NCBI GenBank assembly: GCA_964016885.1
Contig: OZ024751.1
Location: 39,246,001-39,310,000 of the forward strand
Direction of reading: 5' to 3'
DNA length: 64,000 nt
From: Eledone cirrhosa
Lineage: Eukaryota
Under the pieces are notes generated by a model. The model was given only the letters and a program-made list of their open reading frames with translations, did no database searches and was not told the origin of the DNA. The translations under genes and the position numbers were made by a program. This document shows positions 14,091-27,868 of this stretch, piece by piece (the stretch's first letter is position 1; each line of letters begins with the position of its first letter).

Positions 14091-14437
14091 AAAACCACAC
14101 ACATGCACGAACACATTCCCATACACACACACGCGCGCATGCTCACACATTCACATGCACATATAAACATAAAGACACTCATATACATATATATATATAC
14201 ATTTACATATAAATTTGAATATATATTTACATAGAATATGCTTCAATCAATATATATTTACATATACATATACATATATATTTACATATATACAGTATAT
14301 ATATTTACATATATATTTACATATAAATTTACATATACATTTACATATGCATTTACATTTACATTTACATATACATATACATATATATATATATATATAA
14401 TTACATATACATATATATTTACATATACATATATATT

Positions 14438-14469
<32 letters not shown>

Positions 14470-14624
14470 TATTTACAGATACATATACACATACAGATAT
14501 ACATATACATTTATATATATATATACTTATACATATGGATTTACATATACATACAGATATACATATACATATACATTTACATATACATTCACATATACAT
14601 TTACATATACATTTACATATACAT

Positions 14625-14715
<91 letters not shown>

Positions 14716-14727
14716 CACATATACATT

Positions 14728-14781
<54 letters not shown>

Positions 14782-15009
14782 CACACATATATATATATGT
14801 ATACATACACATATATATATATATACATATACAACAGTAGCACACACACACACACACACACACCTGACACTCAGCTATATTTACACAGCGTGTCTGGGAT
14901 TCTAGCTGGAGACAACGAACTCTACAAGAGACAATTATGAGAGTCACTTCTAAATGAATTAAATATCGGAGGAGATGATTAAGACAAAAATATAGCTTAC
15001 TAAAGACAA

Positions 15010-15019
15010 GTAGTAGTAA

Positions 15020-15107
<88 letters not shown>

Positions 15108-15204
15108 GGTGGTGGTGGTGGTGGTAGTGGTGGTGGTGGTGGTGGTGGTGGTGGTGGTGGTGGTGGTGGTGGTGGTGGTGGTGGTGGTGGTGGTGGTGGT
15201 GGTG

Positions 15205-15259
<55 letters not shown>

Positions 15260-15306
15260 AGGTGGTGGTGGTGGTAGTAGTGGTGGTGTTGGTGGTGGTA
15301 GTAGTG

Positions 15307-15349
<43 letters not shown>

Positions 15350-15472
15350 AAGAAGGAGAAGAAGAAGAAGAAGAAGAAGAAGAAGAAAAAGAAAAAGATA
15401 AAGAAAAAGAAGAAGAAGAAGAAGAAGAAGAAGAAGAAGAAGAAGAAGAAGAAGAAGAAGAAGAAGAAGAAA
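15010..15472. repeat. Compound (GTA)n/(GTG)n/(GAA)n trinucleotide array
   Basis: Direct inspection. Confidence 0.95.
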
Positions 15473-15948
15473 ATACGATAGCTGGACATAAAGTGAAATA
15501 GTGTGAAAAGTTGGACATTTCTGGTGCTTATGGCGGGAGACTGACCAATGTAGGGGGGGGGTCTAAATAATGATGATGATAATTATGATGAGAATGATGG
15601 TGATGATGATGATGGTGGTGAGGAGCAGGAGTAGGAGGTGGAGGAAAAGGAGGAGAACAAGATTGTTCATTTGATTGGCCAATCAATAGCAGACGTTCGT
15701 GTATAAGCGCGTGTGTGGGTGTGTGTGTGTATAGGTGTGTTGGCTTGTGAGTATGTCTATGTATTTATATGTACGGATGTATGTATGTACGTATGCGAGC
15801 ATATATATACGTGTGTGTGTGTGTGTGCGTGTGTATGGGTGTGTGTGTGTGTGTGTGCGCGCACGCTCGCCTGTATGAATATGTGTGTGTATGGATGTAT
15901 GTCGGTGAGTGTAACTAACTGACTATATATATATATATATATATATAA

Positions 15949-15988
<40 letters not shown>

Positions 15989-15993
15989 TTGTG

Positions 15994-16093
<100 letters not shown>

Positions 16094-16238
16094 TGTTTGT
16101 GTGCCTGTGCATTTGTGTATGTATCTGTGTGTGTGTATATAAATATGTCTCTATCAGTGTATCTAATAATATATATAAATATATATGTGTGTGTGTGTCT
16201 GTATATGTATTACATAAGTGTGCATGCGTATATACGAG

Positions 16239-16269
<31 letters not shown>

Positions 16270-16310
16270 GTATATATACACATATATATATATATATATA
16301 TATATACTCG

Positions 16311-16454
<144 letters not shown>

Positions 16455-16483
16455 TATACTCGTATATATATATAAATATACTC

Positions 16484-16560
<77 letters not shown>

Positions 16561-16911
16561 TGTGTCTGTATCTAGCTCTAGATACGTCTCTATGTACGTC
16601 TGTCCTTTCTTTACGTTGTGTTGTGTTTTTTACTTGCCGCTAACTTTGTCTCTGCTCAACCAAACCCGACACGTCTTTAGTTGGCTCAGAAAGAAAGACT
16701 AATTCATTTTATTAATTCTATACTTTAAAATAATATCAAGTGTTCTATCAAAACCAATTACAAAAAGAAACACAAGTCCGTCAATGTCCTCTCGCAATTA
16801 CCTCCAACATTTTCTTTCATAGTTTCCTTCGTTTTCTTCCTTCAGCTTTCTCTTTCGTTCTCTCGCTCTCTCCCTCTCCCCTCTCTATCTATCTATCTAT
16901 CTATCTATCTG

Positions 16912-16978
<67 letters not shown>

Positions 16979-17120
16979 GTCTATCTATCTATCTGTAAGT
17001 ATGTATGTCGGCTAATGTCTTTTTGTATGTCATAACTCTTCAAACGTTTTCGTTAGTCAAATTAACTTCAACACTTTCTCATTTCCTTATATATATATAT
17101 ATATATATATATAATGTATA

Positions 17121-17209
<89 letters not shown>

Positions 17210-17640
17210 AATATTGGTGCACATCTGTTGTGAAACGTTACGACAGTATTATTAACTATATCTAATATACACTTACATACGTAATTTATTATCTAACCAC
17301 AGATAATTATATGCATGGTTATATGCATATAGACACATATAAGTTTACATATATATTATGTATTTATCCATCTATTTGTTCATGTGTATATTATCATGTC
17401 TCCTATCTGACTTTCATATCATAAAAAAGTTTGTACTAAACTTTCAATGTCTGCTGTGTGTGCAATGTCTGCTGTGTGTGCACGTCTGCTGTGTGTGCAC
17501 GTATGCACGTATGCACCTATTTATGTCTGCATGCGACTGGATGTTTGTCTTATCATTAATTCGAAGTGATGTCTCTGACAAAACACACTGACTTAACAAA
17601 ATTACAGACCAGAATGAAAAAAATATATGCTTGTGTACTT

Positions 17641-17842
17641 GGCGGGTTGGGGATTGGCAATGTGGGTAGAAGGTCGGACGCCATGCTTTGCTTTGCAGCA
17701 TAGAGTTACGCCCATTTATGGTCTGAGTTCAAATCCCGCCGACGTTAACTTTGCCTTTCATCTTTACGGTGTCGATAAAATAAAGTACCAGTAATGTACT
17801 GGGATAATTGCTGTCCTTGTGCCAAAAATAGAAACAATTATT
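17641..17842 (+). mobile_element. Young full-length SINE
   Basis: Highly similar to 13525-13715, including B-box GAGTTCAAATCC and tail AGAAACAATTATT. Confidence 0.92.
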
Positions 17843-18172
17843 AACCGTATAAGCAGAGCAACAGATCTTTACATTCTGAGATTAAATCTCGCTAAGATCA
17901 CCTTTCCCTTTCAACCTTACTGGATCGATAAAATAAAGTACCAGTAATGTACTGAGAGAATTGCTGGCCTTGTGCCAAAACTAGAAAAAATTATTAACCG
18001 TATAAGCAGAGCAACAGATCTTTACATTCTGAGATTAAATCTCGCTAAGATCACCTTTCCCTCTCAAACTTACTGGATCGATAAAATAAAGTACCAGTAA
18101 CTCACTGGGATAGATTTAATCGAATCTTCTCGTCTTTCAACTTACTGGCCTTAGGCCAACAGTAGAAACAAT
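17843..18172 (+). mobile_element. 153-bp tandem duplication giving a chimeric SINE (old head, young tail) plus an old SINE
   Basis: TTAACCGTATAAGCAGAGCAACAGATCTTTAC.. occurs at 17841 and 17994. The first copy ends in the young-type tail, the second in an old-type tail. Confidence 0.85.
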
Positions 18173-18390
18173 GTGTGTAAGTGTACGTATCAGAGAGAAA
18201 GGAGAAAGATGGTGAGAGAGAAAACAAAGGAGTCTTTATTTATCGTTATCTCCATGTCCCCTTTCAATATATTGTGACATTTCAGCTCTCCTTTTGCTCT
18301 TTGACACCATTCCACTTTTTCCCTTTTACGTTCATGCTTTCTACAACTCGACACTTTTCTCTCAGTCTATTACTCAATCTCCCCCCGCCC

Positions 18391-18428
<38 letters not shown>

Positions 18429-18572
18429 CTCGATCTCTCGATCTCTCGATCTCTCTCTTTCTTTCCTTCTCTCTTTCTTTGTCTCTCACTCTCTCTAGCT
18501 CTAAATCTCGCTATATATATATATATATATATATATCGCCCGGTATATATATATGTAGATATATATATACAA

Positions 18573-18659
<87 letters not shown>

Positions 18660-18750
18660 GAGAGAGATATGTGTGTACTTCTTCCTCTCTACTTTCTGTT
18701 ATCATCTCTCTCTCCTTACTTCTCTCTCTCCCTACTTTTCACTCTCTCAA

Positions 18751-18821
<71 letters not shown>

Positions 18822-19132
18822 ACTTTTTCTCTCTAATTCTCTCTCTCAGTTTTACATTCACTCAGGTGTGAATCTCTTTCCATCAGTTTTTGGATTTCAA
18901 CATATTCTACATCCCCTCCATCTTCTCTTTCCATCCTGCCCCTCCCCCACCATTATGACCCTCACCCACATCTCCTTCTCCGTCCATCCACTATCCCCTA
19001 CCCTCACACAGACTAACTTCCCGCCTTATCTTTTAATCTCAATTTCCTGTTATCTTATGTAACTCTATTGCTCTCCTTGCCTAATTAACTTCTCTTACTT
19101 CTCTACTTCATTATACATCTCAACACTTCTCT

Positions 19133-19199
<67 letters not shown>

Positions 19200-19248
19200 A
19201 CACACTTCCTCTCCCCAGATTCTTTCTCCCTCTCTCTCTCTCACTCCC

Positions 19249-19320
19249 TATAGTTTCCATTTATTTAATATCGTATATATATATATATATATATACGATA
19301 TTAAATAAATGGAAACTATA
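19249..19320. repeat. Perfect 72-bp palindrome centred on (TA)n
   Basis: TATAGTTTCCATTTATTTAATATCG-(TA)n-CGATATTAAATAAATGGAAACTATA; a third copy of the arm lies at 19477-19505. Confidence 0.95.
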
Positions 19321-19587
19321 TTTATAAAACCATATTTATTTCATTATACATATTTCAGGGATACCAAATTAAAATATGGCATGCCTTCGTCAGATAAAAT
19401 ACAATATATATACAGTTTTATAAATAATTTTGACGTACCCTATTAGAAGCGACCATTATTTTTGGAAGCTGTCTGGATAGTTTCCATTTATTTAATATCG
19501 TATATCTACTCCAAAAACTTGTCGAGTGCTTTATATCAGTTATAAAATATTTACTTGTTGTATCCCAACAATTTTAAATAAAACTTT

Positions 19588-19590
<3 letters not shown>
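19321..19590 (-). mobile_element. Probable PLE 3' fragment (degenerate ORF end plus hammerhead)
   Basis: The minus strand gives frameshifted KFYLKLL..NK / KHS..KFL..SRY, reminiscent of a PLE GIY-YIG C-terminus, followed by the hammerhead. Confidence 0.5.
19340..19400 (-). ncRNA. PLE-type hammerhead motif: core intact, helix I imperfect
   Basis: Minus strand CTGACGA-AGGCATGCCA/TGGTATCCCT (9 of 10 pairs)-GAAA-TATGTA. Confidence 0.65.
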
Positions 19591-19661
<71 letters not shown>

Positions 19662-19678
19662 TATATATATATAGAGAC

Positions 19679-19767
<89 letters not shown>

Positions 19768-19917
19768 CATATATATATCACAACCTTTCTTCTTCACCTC
19801 TCGTTTTACCTTTTTTTTGTATTTATAGACACAGATATAATCATTTCTCGTTTCTTTCTCCATTTATATAACTATGTATGTATGCATATATATATATATA
19901 TATATATGCATATATAT

Positions 19918-20067
19918 GTAGATAAATCTACCAAGAGTTTACGGTAGTGTCCAATCCGTATGAAGAACTCAATAACACATATATATCCTAGAAACGATCG
20001 TTAAATAATGAACTTTTTTTGTTTAATATAAGGAACTGTTTCATTGTTTTATTCATTATTTGTTTAA

Positions 20068-20073
<6 letters not shown>
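19918..20073. mobile_element. Probable PLE pseudo-LTR pieces with the 3' half of a hammerhead (GAAACGATCGTT, 19991-20002)
   Basis: GAAA followed by the palindrome AACGATCGTT in a TA-flanked island; the 5' CUGANGA half is absent or decayed. Confidence 0.45.
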
Positions 20074-20099
<26 letters not shown>

Positions 20100-20113
20100 C
20101 ATACATACACACA

Positions 20114-20159
<46 letters not shown>

Positions 20160-20212
20160 TTAAACAAATAATGCGTGTGTGTATGTATGAATATATATAT
20201 ATATATATATAT

Positions 20213-20391
20213 ATAATTGTTTCTATTTTAAGCACAAGGCCAGCAATAACCCAGTACATTACTGGTACTATATTTTATCAACCCCGTAAGGATGAAAGGC
20301 AAAGTTAACGTCGGCGGGATTTGAACTCAGATCATAACTCTATGCTTCAAAGCATGGTGTCCGACTCTCTACCGATACTGCCAGTCCACCG
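20213..20391 (-). mobile_element. Young SINE, main family
   Basis: Reverse complement of the 13525-type sequence. Confidence 0.92.
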
Positions 20392-21590
20392 TATAATGTG
20401 TATGTGTATATGTTACTGTTGTTTGGTGATTGGAGATTGACCAACGATCGTGACCTTTTCCAGGATCTTCGTAAAGGAAAACCAGATACAACATCCTAAT
20501 GCTACCCTAATAGTGGTCGCTGATAATGTCACCCAAGGGCTAGATGACGATGTGAAACAGGGCGAAGGGTTATCCCTACCACCCAACTAGACCACACCAT
20601 TCAGCACGATAGTCATCTCGTCTGTCAGACGTTGCCATCATTTTCTTAAGCTGCTGTCCTTCAATCGTACAATATTTTTAACCGATGTTAAAGTAGTCGC
20701 TGGTGGGGTTTGAACTCGGAGACTACTGCTAAACAAATCTAATATATATCAATAACACATCCTCGCTTTCCTATATATCAAATACTCTAACAACTACAAC
20801 TGTAAATAAAATATTGCCCCAACATCAGAACGTAATAACAATATTTATTCAAGATATATATGCAAATCTAAGAAAAACAATCTAAGAAACACGGTTTAGA
20901 TTCGAACCTGCGAATGTGATATATCAATAAACATTTCTTACATTGTTTATCAACCATTCATCCTCCATTAACTACAACTACGACTACAACACCACCAAAC
21001 CAAACCAAACCAACCACACTCTACCCCAAAAACTTAATTGCAATATTGAAGAAGTTTCGAGTTATGTTACAATAACACTGGCACTTTGGCTAACTCGCCT
21101 TGGATTTAATCCAAATGATAATGTGTGAAACATAAACTGATAGAGTATTCCACAGGCTAACATTTCTTCTATTAGCTGAACAACAAATCTCACTTCCTCT
21201 TTGCTCCTCTTTAAGCGATAAGCGAGAACTATAAAAACCCGCAATGAGAAATGCTGAGAAAATTTTACTAAATATTTCTTACATAACTATTCACTGACTC
21301 TAGTGTTGCATTCATTGGTTGGTTGAGTTGGTTGTTCTTTGACAATGGATGAGATAATGAAGAGACAATCTAACAGTATATTCGTTATGGATCGTTAGTT
21401 CACAGCCGCCATTGGCATTGGACTATATCCTTAAGCAAGACACTAAACTCATCTAGTTTCTTCAGAATTTACTAAAGTGGAATTATGTGCCAAGTGATAA
21501 TAACTATAATTTCTAAACGTTGGCACAGGGCCATAGAAATTGTGGGAAGAGGGGGGGTATATCCTTGTTGATGCAACGTAGTGCTTTATA

Positions 21591-22010
21591 GGCGCAGGCA
21601 GGGCTGTGTGGTTATATATATATATATGTGTGTGTGTGTAGGTGTGTATGTGTGTGTGTATGTGTGTATGCGTGTATGCATGTATATATGTATATATGTG
21701 TGTGTGTGTATCTATGTATGTATGTAATTACATATATACATACGTACATATGTATATATAAATATATACATATATACATATAAGTATATATAAATATATA
21801 CATATGTATATATATATATATATATATATGCGTTTACTTTTGCGTTTGTGTCTACATTTATGTCGTGTAATATAGCATTTCGAGAAAACGAAATCGATAA
21901 AAATAAGTACTTGACTTGAAAATAAATTGTACTGGTGTTGATATGATTGACTAACGTGGTACTCCAGCATGGGCGCAGACTAGTCAGTGAAACCACTAAG
22001 TGGTTAACTG
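21591..22010 (+). mobile_element. Second SINE family, split by an internal TA/TG microsatellite
   Basis: Head GGCGCAGGCAGGGCTGTGTGGTT; tail GATAAAAATAAGTAC..GTGGTACTCCAGCATGGGCGCAG..TGAAACC. A related fragment lies on the minus strand at about 1965-2010. Confidence 0.6.
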
Positions 22011-22344
22011 AATAAAGAAAATATCAATGACCCCAGTACTTAAATTATACATATGTTCTCGATTCTACATAAAATAAGAGTTTAAATGACATCTAAATAA
22101 CACGAAATATTTTAACATCTACCTTCAGAAGTAATAATATTAATAATTGTTACCAACAAAAGCAGAAAATCTGTTAGTAGCTTAGACACAGAGAAGTTCT
22201 TTACTAGCTATAGGCACAAGGTCCGTTACTAACATAGGCACTAGGTAAAAATATAGAGAAAATTTGTACAGTTGATTATATGAACTCCCATAACTGATTG
22301 GTACTTTATTTATCGACCCCTGAAAAAAGGAATGGAAACACCCA

Positions 22345-23945
22345 TATATCTACTACACTAATAGACCCACCACACTAATATATCTACTACACTATTATAG
22401 GTACTACACAATTAGAGCTAGATACTACACTAATATAACTACTACACTAATATAACTAGCTACTACACTAATATATCTACTAACTAACATAACTAACTTG
22501 TATACTATTATATCTACTACACTAACATAACTAGCTACTACACTAATATATCTACTAACTAGTATACTATTATATCTACTACACTAACATAACTAGCTAC
22601 TACACTAATATATCTACTAACTAGTATACTATTATATCTACTACACTAACATAACTAGCTACTACACTAATATATCTACTAACTAGTATACTATTATATC
22701 TACTACACTAACATAACTAGCTACTACACTAATATATCTACTAACTAACATAACTAACTAGTATACTATTATATCTACTACACTAACTTAACTAGCTACT
22801 ACACTAATATAACTACTAACTAACATAACTAACTAGTATACTATTATATCTACTACACTAACTTAACTAGCTACTACACTAATATAACTACTAACTAACA
22901 TAACTAACTAGTATACTATTATATCTACTACACTAACTTAACTAGCTACTACACTAATATAACTACTAACTAACATAACTAACTAGTATACTATTATATC
23001 TACTACACTAACTTAACTAGCTACTACACTAATATATCTACTAACTAACATAACTAACTAGTATACTATTATATCTACTACACTAACTTAACTAGCTACT
23101 ACACTAATATAACTACTAACTAACATAACTAACTAGTATACTATTATATCTACTACACTAACTTAACTAGCTACTACACTAATATAACTACTAACTAACA
23201 TAACTAACTAGTATACTATTATATCTACTACACTAACTTAACTAGCTACTACACTAATATAACTACTAACTAACATAACTAACTAGTATACTATTATATC
23301 TACTACACTAACTTAACTAGCTACTACACTAATATAACTACTAACTAACATAACTAACTAGTATACTATTATATCTACTACACTAACTTAACTAGCTACT
23401 ACACTAATATAACTACTAACTAACATAACTAACTAGTATACTATTATATCTACTACACTAACTTAACTAGCTACTACACTAATATAACTACTAACTAACA
23501 TAACTAACTAGTATACTATTATATCTACTACACTAACTTAACTAGCTACTACACTAATATAACTACTAACTAACATAACTAACTAGTATACTATTATATC
23601 TACTACACTAATATAGCTAGGTACTACACTAATATAACTACTAACTAACATAACTAACTAGTATACTATTATATCTACTACACTAACTTAACTAGCTACT
23701 ACACTAATATAACTACTAACTAACATAACTAACTAGTATACTATTATATCTACTACACTAACATAACTAGCTACTACACTAATATATCTACTAACTAACA
23801 TAACTAACTAGTATACTATTATATCTACTACACTAACTTAACTAGCTACTACACTAATATAACTACTAACTAACATAACTAACTAGTATACTATTATATC
23901 TACTACACTAATATAGCTAGGTACTACAGTAATATAGTTACTATG
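22345..23945. repeat. G-poor satellite with a 75-bp higher-order unit (62-bp units at the left end) built from CTACTACACTAA-type subunits
   Basis: CTAACTAACA recurs at 22741, 22816, 22891 and onward. Confidence 0.95.
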
Positions 23946-24238
23946 CCAATATAGATATGTAGAGGCCACTAGTACCGCTGAAAGCAGTGTGGTGTAATCT
24001 AAAAGTATACAATATTTTCTTGTAAAGAACCGCCTCCCGACATTTGAGCAAAGAAAATTACAAAGACGTGGGTAATAGGGAGAGGGAGAAACGGCAGTAA
24101 TGAGAGAGAGGGGGTGAGAGAGATAGAGGGCGAGAGAGAGAGGGGGAGAAGAAAAATAACAGCCAGCCAAGATGGCGAATATGTGAAGAATGCGTACAAT
24201 TTTAGCTTAATCTTCTTTCTCTTTGTCTTTCTCTTCAG

Positions 24239-24287
24239 CTTGACCTCCAATCTTCTTGCGTCGTTCGTTGTTCGTTGTTCGCCTTAG
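24239..24287 (+). other. Candidate 49-nt spliced exon
   Basis: Branch-like GCTTAAT, long pyrimidine tract ending in CAG (24236-38), donor AG|GTAACT at 24288. One reading is LDLQSSCVVRCSLFAL; no homology recognised. Confidence 0.35.
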
Positions 24288-24399
24288 GTAACTTAGTGTT
24301 GTAATTAAAGAATAGAAGCACAAAAAGAGCAAAGGCTAAGACCATCCAGGCCCCCATCACCACCACCACCGCCATCACAGCTACCACTACTGCTACTGC

Positions 24400-25345
24400 C
24401 CTCATCACCCACCTCAATCACCAACACTACCAACGCCACCACAACTAAAGCTACCACAATACCACCCTCGCCACCAACTACCATGCAGAACACCAACAAC
24501 ACGCAATCCACCACCAGCACCACCTTTACAACCTACTACTAACAAAAGCACACCACCAACACCAAAACATCACCACAACCACCAACACCACCAACACCAA
24601 CATCACCACAACGATCAACACCACCAACATCACCACAACCACCAACACCACCAACACCACCACAACCACCACCAACACCAACATCACCACAACCATCAAC
24701 ACCACCACCAACATCACCACAACCACCAACACCACCTTCACCACCCACTACTAACAAAAACACCACCACCAACACCACCACAACCATCAACACCACCAAA
24801 ACCAACACCACTACAACCATCAACACCACCAGCACCACACATCACCACAACCACCAACACCACCTTCACCGCCCACTACTAACAAAAACACCACCACCAA
24901 CACCACCACAACCATCAACACCACCAACACCAACACCACCACAACCATCAACACCACCAGCACCACACATCACCACAACCATCAACACCACCAACACCAA
25001 CACCACCACAACCATCAACACCACCAACACCAACACCACCACAACCATCAACACCACCAGCACCACACATCACCACAACCATCAACACCACCAACACCAA
25101 CACCACTACAACCATCAACACCACCAGCACCAACACCTCTACAACCATCAACACCACCAGCACCACAACCATCAACACCACCAACACCAACACCACTACC
25201 AACAAAAACACCACCAACAATATCCACCATCATCAGCTCCACCTCCGCCTCCACCATCCACAACACAGCCAGAACCAGCAACACCAATCCTTCCCATACA
25301 ACCACCAATACCATCCACCACCACCACCACCACTCACCACCACCC
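24400..25345. repeat. ACC/AAC-rich degenerate minisatellite
   Basis: Repeated CACCACAACCATCAACACCACCAACAC units. Confidence 0.9.
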
Positions 25346-25446
25346 TCCCCCCAAATGGGTCAACAAGACGTACGATATGTTGTAGCCGGCGGCATTTTTT
25401 GACCATCGGCTAACCGCCGTTTGGATTTGAAATGGCGCCAGTACTT

Positions 25447-25477
<31 letters not shown>

Positions 25478-25735
25478 ATCTCTATCTCTATCTCTATCTC
25501 TCTCTATATATATATATATTTCTCTCTCTCTCACTCTCTCTGTCTCGCTCTGTCTCGCTCTGTCTCGCTCTGTCTCGCTCTGTCTCGCTCTGTCTCTCTC
25601 CCTCTCTCCCTTCTCTCTTTCGTAAAGCGAGATAAATAGAGAGAGGGAGGTGTAGATCGGAAATCATGAAAGAGAGAGCGTAGAGAGAGAGGGGAAAAAT
25701 CGGACAGTGGAGAAAGTGGAGAGAAAGAGAGATTG

Positions 25736-25810
<75 letters not shown>

Positions 25811-25892
25811 ATAGAGATAGAGCAGAGAATGGAGTAAGAGAGAGAGTGGAGAGAAAGTATATGTATGTAGAAAGAGAGACTGGAGAGAAAGA

Positions 25893-25929
<37 letters not shown>

Positions 25930-25931
25930 TG

Positions 25932-25977
<46 letters not shown>

Positions 25978-26664
25978 TGGGTGAAAAAAGAAAAAGTGGA
26001 GAGATTGTGGAGAGAACGTGAGTGGAGAAAGAGAGAGAGAGAGAGAGAAGGAGAGAGAGAGAGAGAAACATCGAGAGAGACAGAGAGACAGAGAGAGAGA
26101 GAAAGCGCGCGCGAGAGAGAGAGAGAGAGAGATTTCAATTTGCTTCTATGAGCTGTTCTTTATTGATCTGATGAAATTATACCATTCACTATTTCAATTA
26201 CTATTTATGCCCCACGATCGCAATCATAGTAGAAATTATGAACACTTTTTTCTTCTTCCTCCTTTCCCTCCATTTTCCTTTCGACCGACCCAGTTACTGT
26301 TTATCTTTCTCCATTTTTCTCAGGCCATGACTTTTCTTCACTTATTTGCTAAAGAGTTCCACTATATTTATGATTCCCGATCGAAGAAAAGGCTTAAATA
26401 ACGGCAATATTTTCCAACGCGCAAGTTCAAGTGTGTGCATATATGTAGTCGAGTGTGTATATATGCGTTCAAGTGTATATGTATGTATTCAAGGGTGTAT
26501 ATATATATATATTTATATATATATATACGTATTCGAGCGTGTATGCATGTATTCAAGCGTGTGTTTATATATTCGAGTGTGTATCTAAGCGTTCAAGTAT
26601 GTATTTAAGTGTGCACGTATGCATTCAAATCTGTATGTATCCGTGCAAGTATGTATGTTTTGAA

Positions 26665-26696
<32 letters not shown>

Positions 26697-27081
26697 CCAA
26701 GTGTATATGTATGTATTCAAATGTGTATGTATGTATACAAGTGTGTATGTATTCAAGTGTGTATGTATGCATTCAACTATGTATGTATTTAAATGTGTAT
26801 CTGTAGGTGTGAGTTGCTTAGTAGAGACTGTGGAGAGAGATAGAGAGAGATAGAGAGTGATAGAGAGAGATAGGAAGATAGATAGAGAGAGATAAAGAAA
26901 TAGATAGAGAGCGATAGGAAGATAGATAGAGAGAGAGAGGAAGATATATAGAGAGAGATAGGGAGATAGATAGTGAGAGAGATAAGTGGTGAAAAAGAAA
27001 TACAAGATTATGTCCTACCTACAAACCTTCTTAACTACTTACGTAGTCATCTATCTATCTATCTATCTATCTCTCTATATA

Positions 27082-27275
27082 CCCCTGGAGATGAGGGTTG
27101 CACATTTTTTCGGGGGTATGTGTTACCCATATGAACTGTCTCCCCCTATTGGGGAAAATCGACTAATTTTTTAAATTGCATTTGTGATAACATTTTACAC
27201 GTTTTTATTGTATGTAAACTTCCCCCTTTGTATTTGTCCCCTTCTTTTGTGCCCCTGTGGCTAATAAAGAAACAT
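27082..27275 (+). mobile_element. 3' tail of a non-LTR element (L1/Tx1-like, inferred) in (TATC)n
   Basis: ..TGTAAACTTCCCCC..TGTCCCC..GCCCCTGTGGCTAATAAAGAAA, then TATC repeats. Confidence 0.55.
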
Positions 27276-27413
27276 ATCTATCTACCTAGCTAGCTAGCTA
27301 GCTAGCCATCCATCTATTTATCTATCTATCTAGCTAGCTAGCTATCTAGCTAGCCATCCATCTATTTATCTATCTAGCTAGCTAGCTAGCCATCCATCTA
27401 TTTATCTATCTAT

Positions 27414-27672
27414 CCCTTCTGACGAAGATGAACAGAGGGAAGACAGGAACACCTACAAAACGTGTTCCTGGCGTTGAGGGTTGTTCTATCCACGGGGTAT
27501 AAAACAACCCTGCAGTAACGTTCCTCCCTATTGGGGATTTCAATTGTTATTTTATTATATATAGTTTATTGTTATTTATTAATGTTAAAGTTATATGATT
27601 TTTATGTAAAACCCCCGCCGTCACGTCTTGTAATGTCCCATTTGTGTACGCCCCTGTGGTAAATAAAGCAAG
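27414..27672 (+). mobile_element. Second diverged 3' tail of the same element group
   Basis: CCCTATTGGGGA..TGTAAAACCCCC..TGTCCC..GCCCCTGTGGTAAATAAAG, then TATC repeats. Confidence 0.55.
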
Positions 27673-27868
27673 ATATCTATCAATCTATCTATCTACTTAC
27701 CCAGCTATCTATCTATCTATTATCATCCTACCCCTATCTACCTATCTACCATCCTACCCCTACCCACCTATCATCCTACCTACACACGTTTCTGCCTACT
27801 TTGGCCGGTGATTGCATTGACTGATCTCAGAGTGTGTAAGGGTGTGTAGAGTGATTTGTTAGTTAGGC

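Noticed and set aside
17210-17250. GAAACGTTA as a hammerhead 3' half
   Set aside because: The upstream core matches only 4 of 7 positions and helix I is not convincing.
22345-23945. CRISPR-like regular array
   Set aside because: Contiguous tandem units without unique spacers, no cas genes, eukaryotic context.
27415-27475. CTGACGA plus CAGGAACAC:GTGTTCCTG hairpin as a ribozyme
   Set aside because: No GAAA after the stem and wrong spacing; it belongs to the LINE-like tail.
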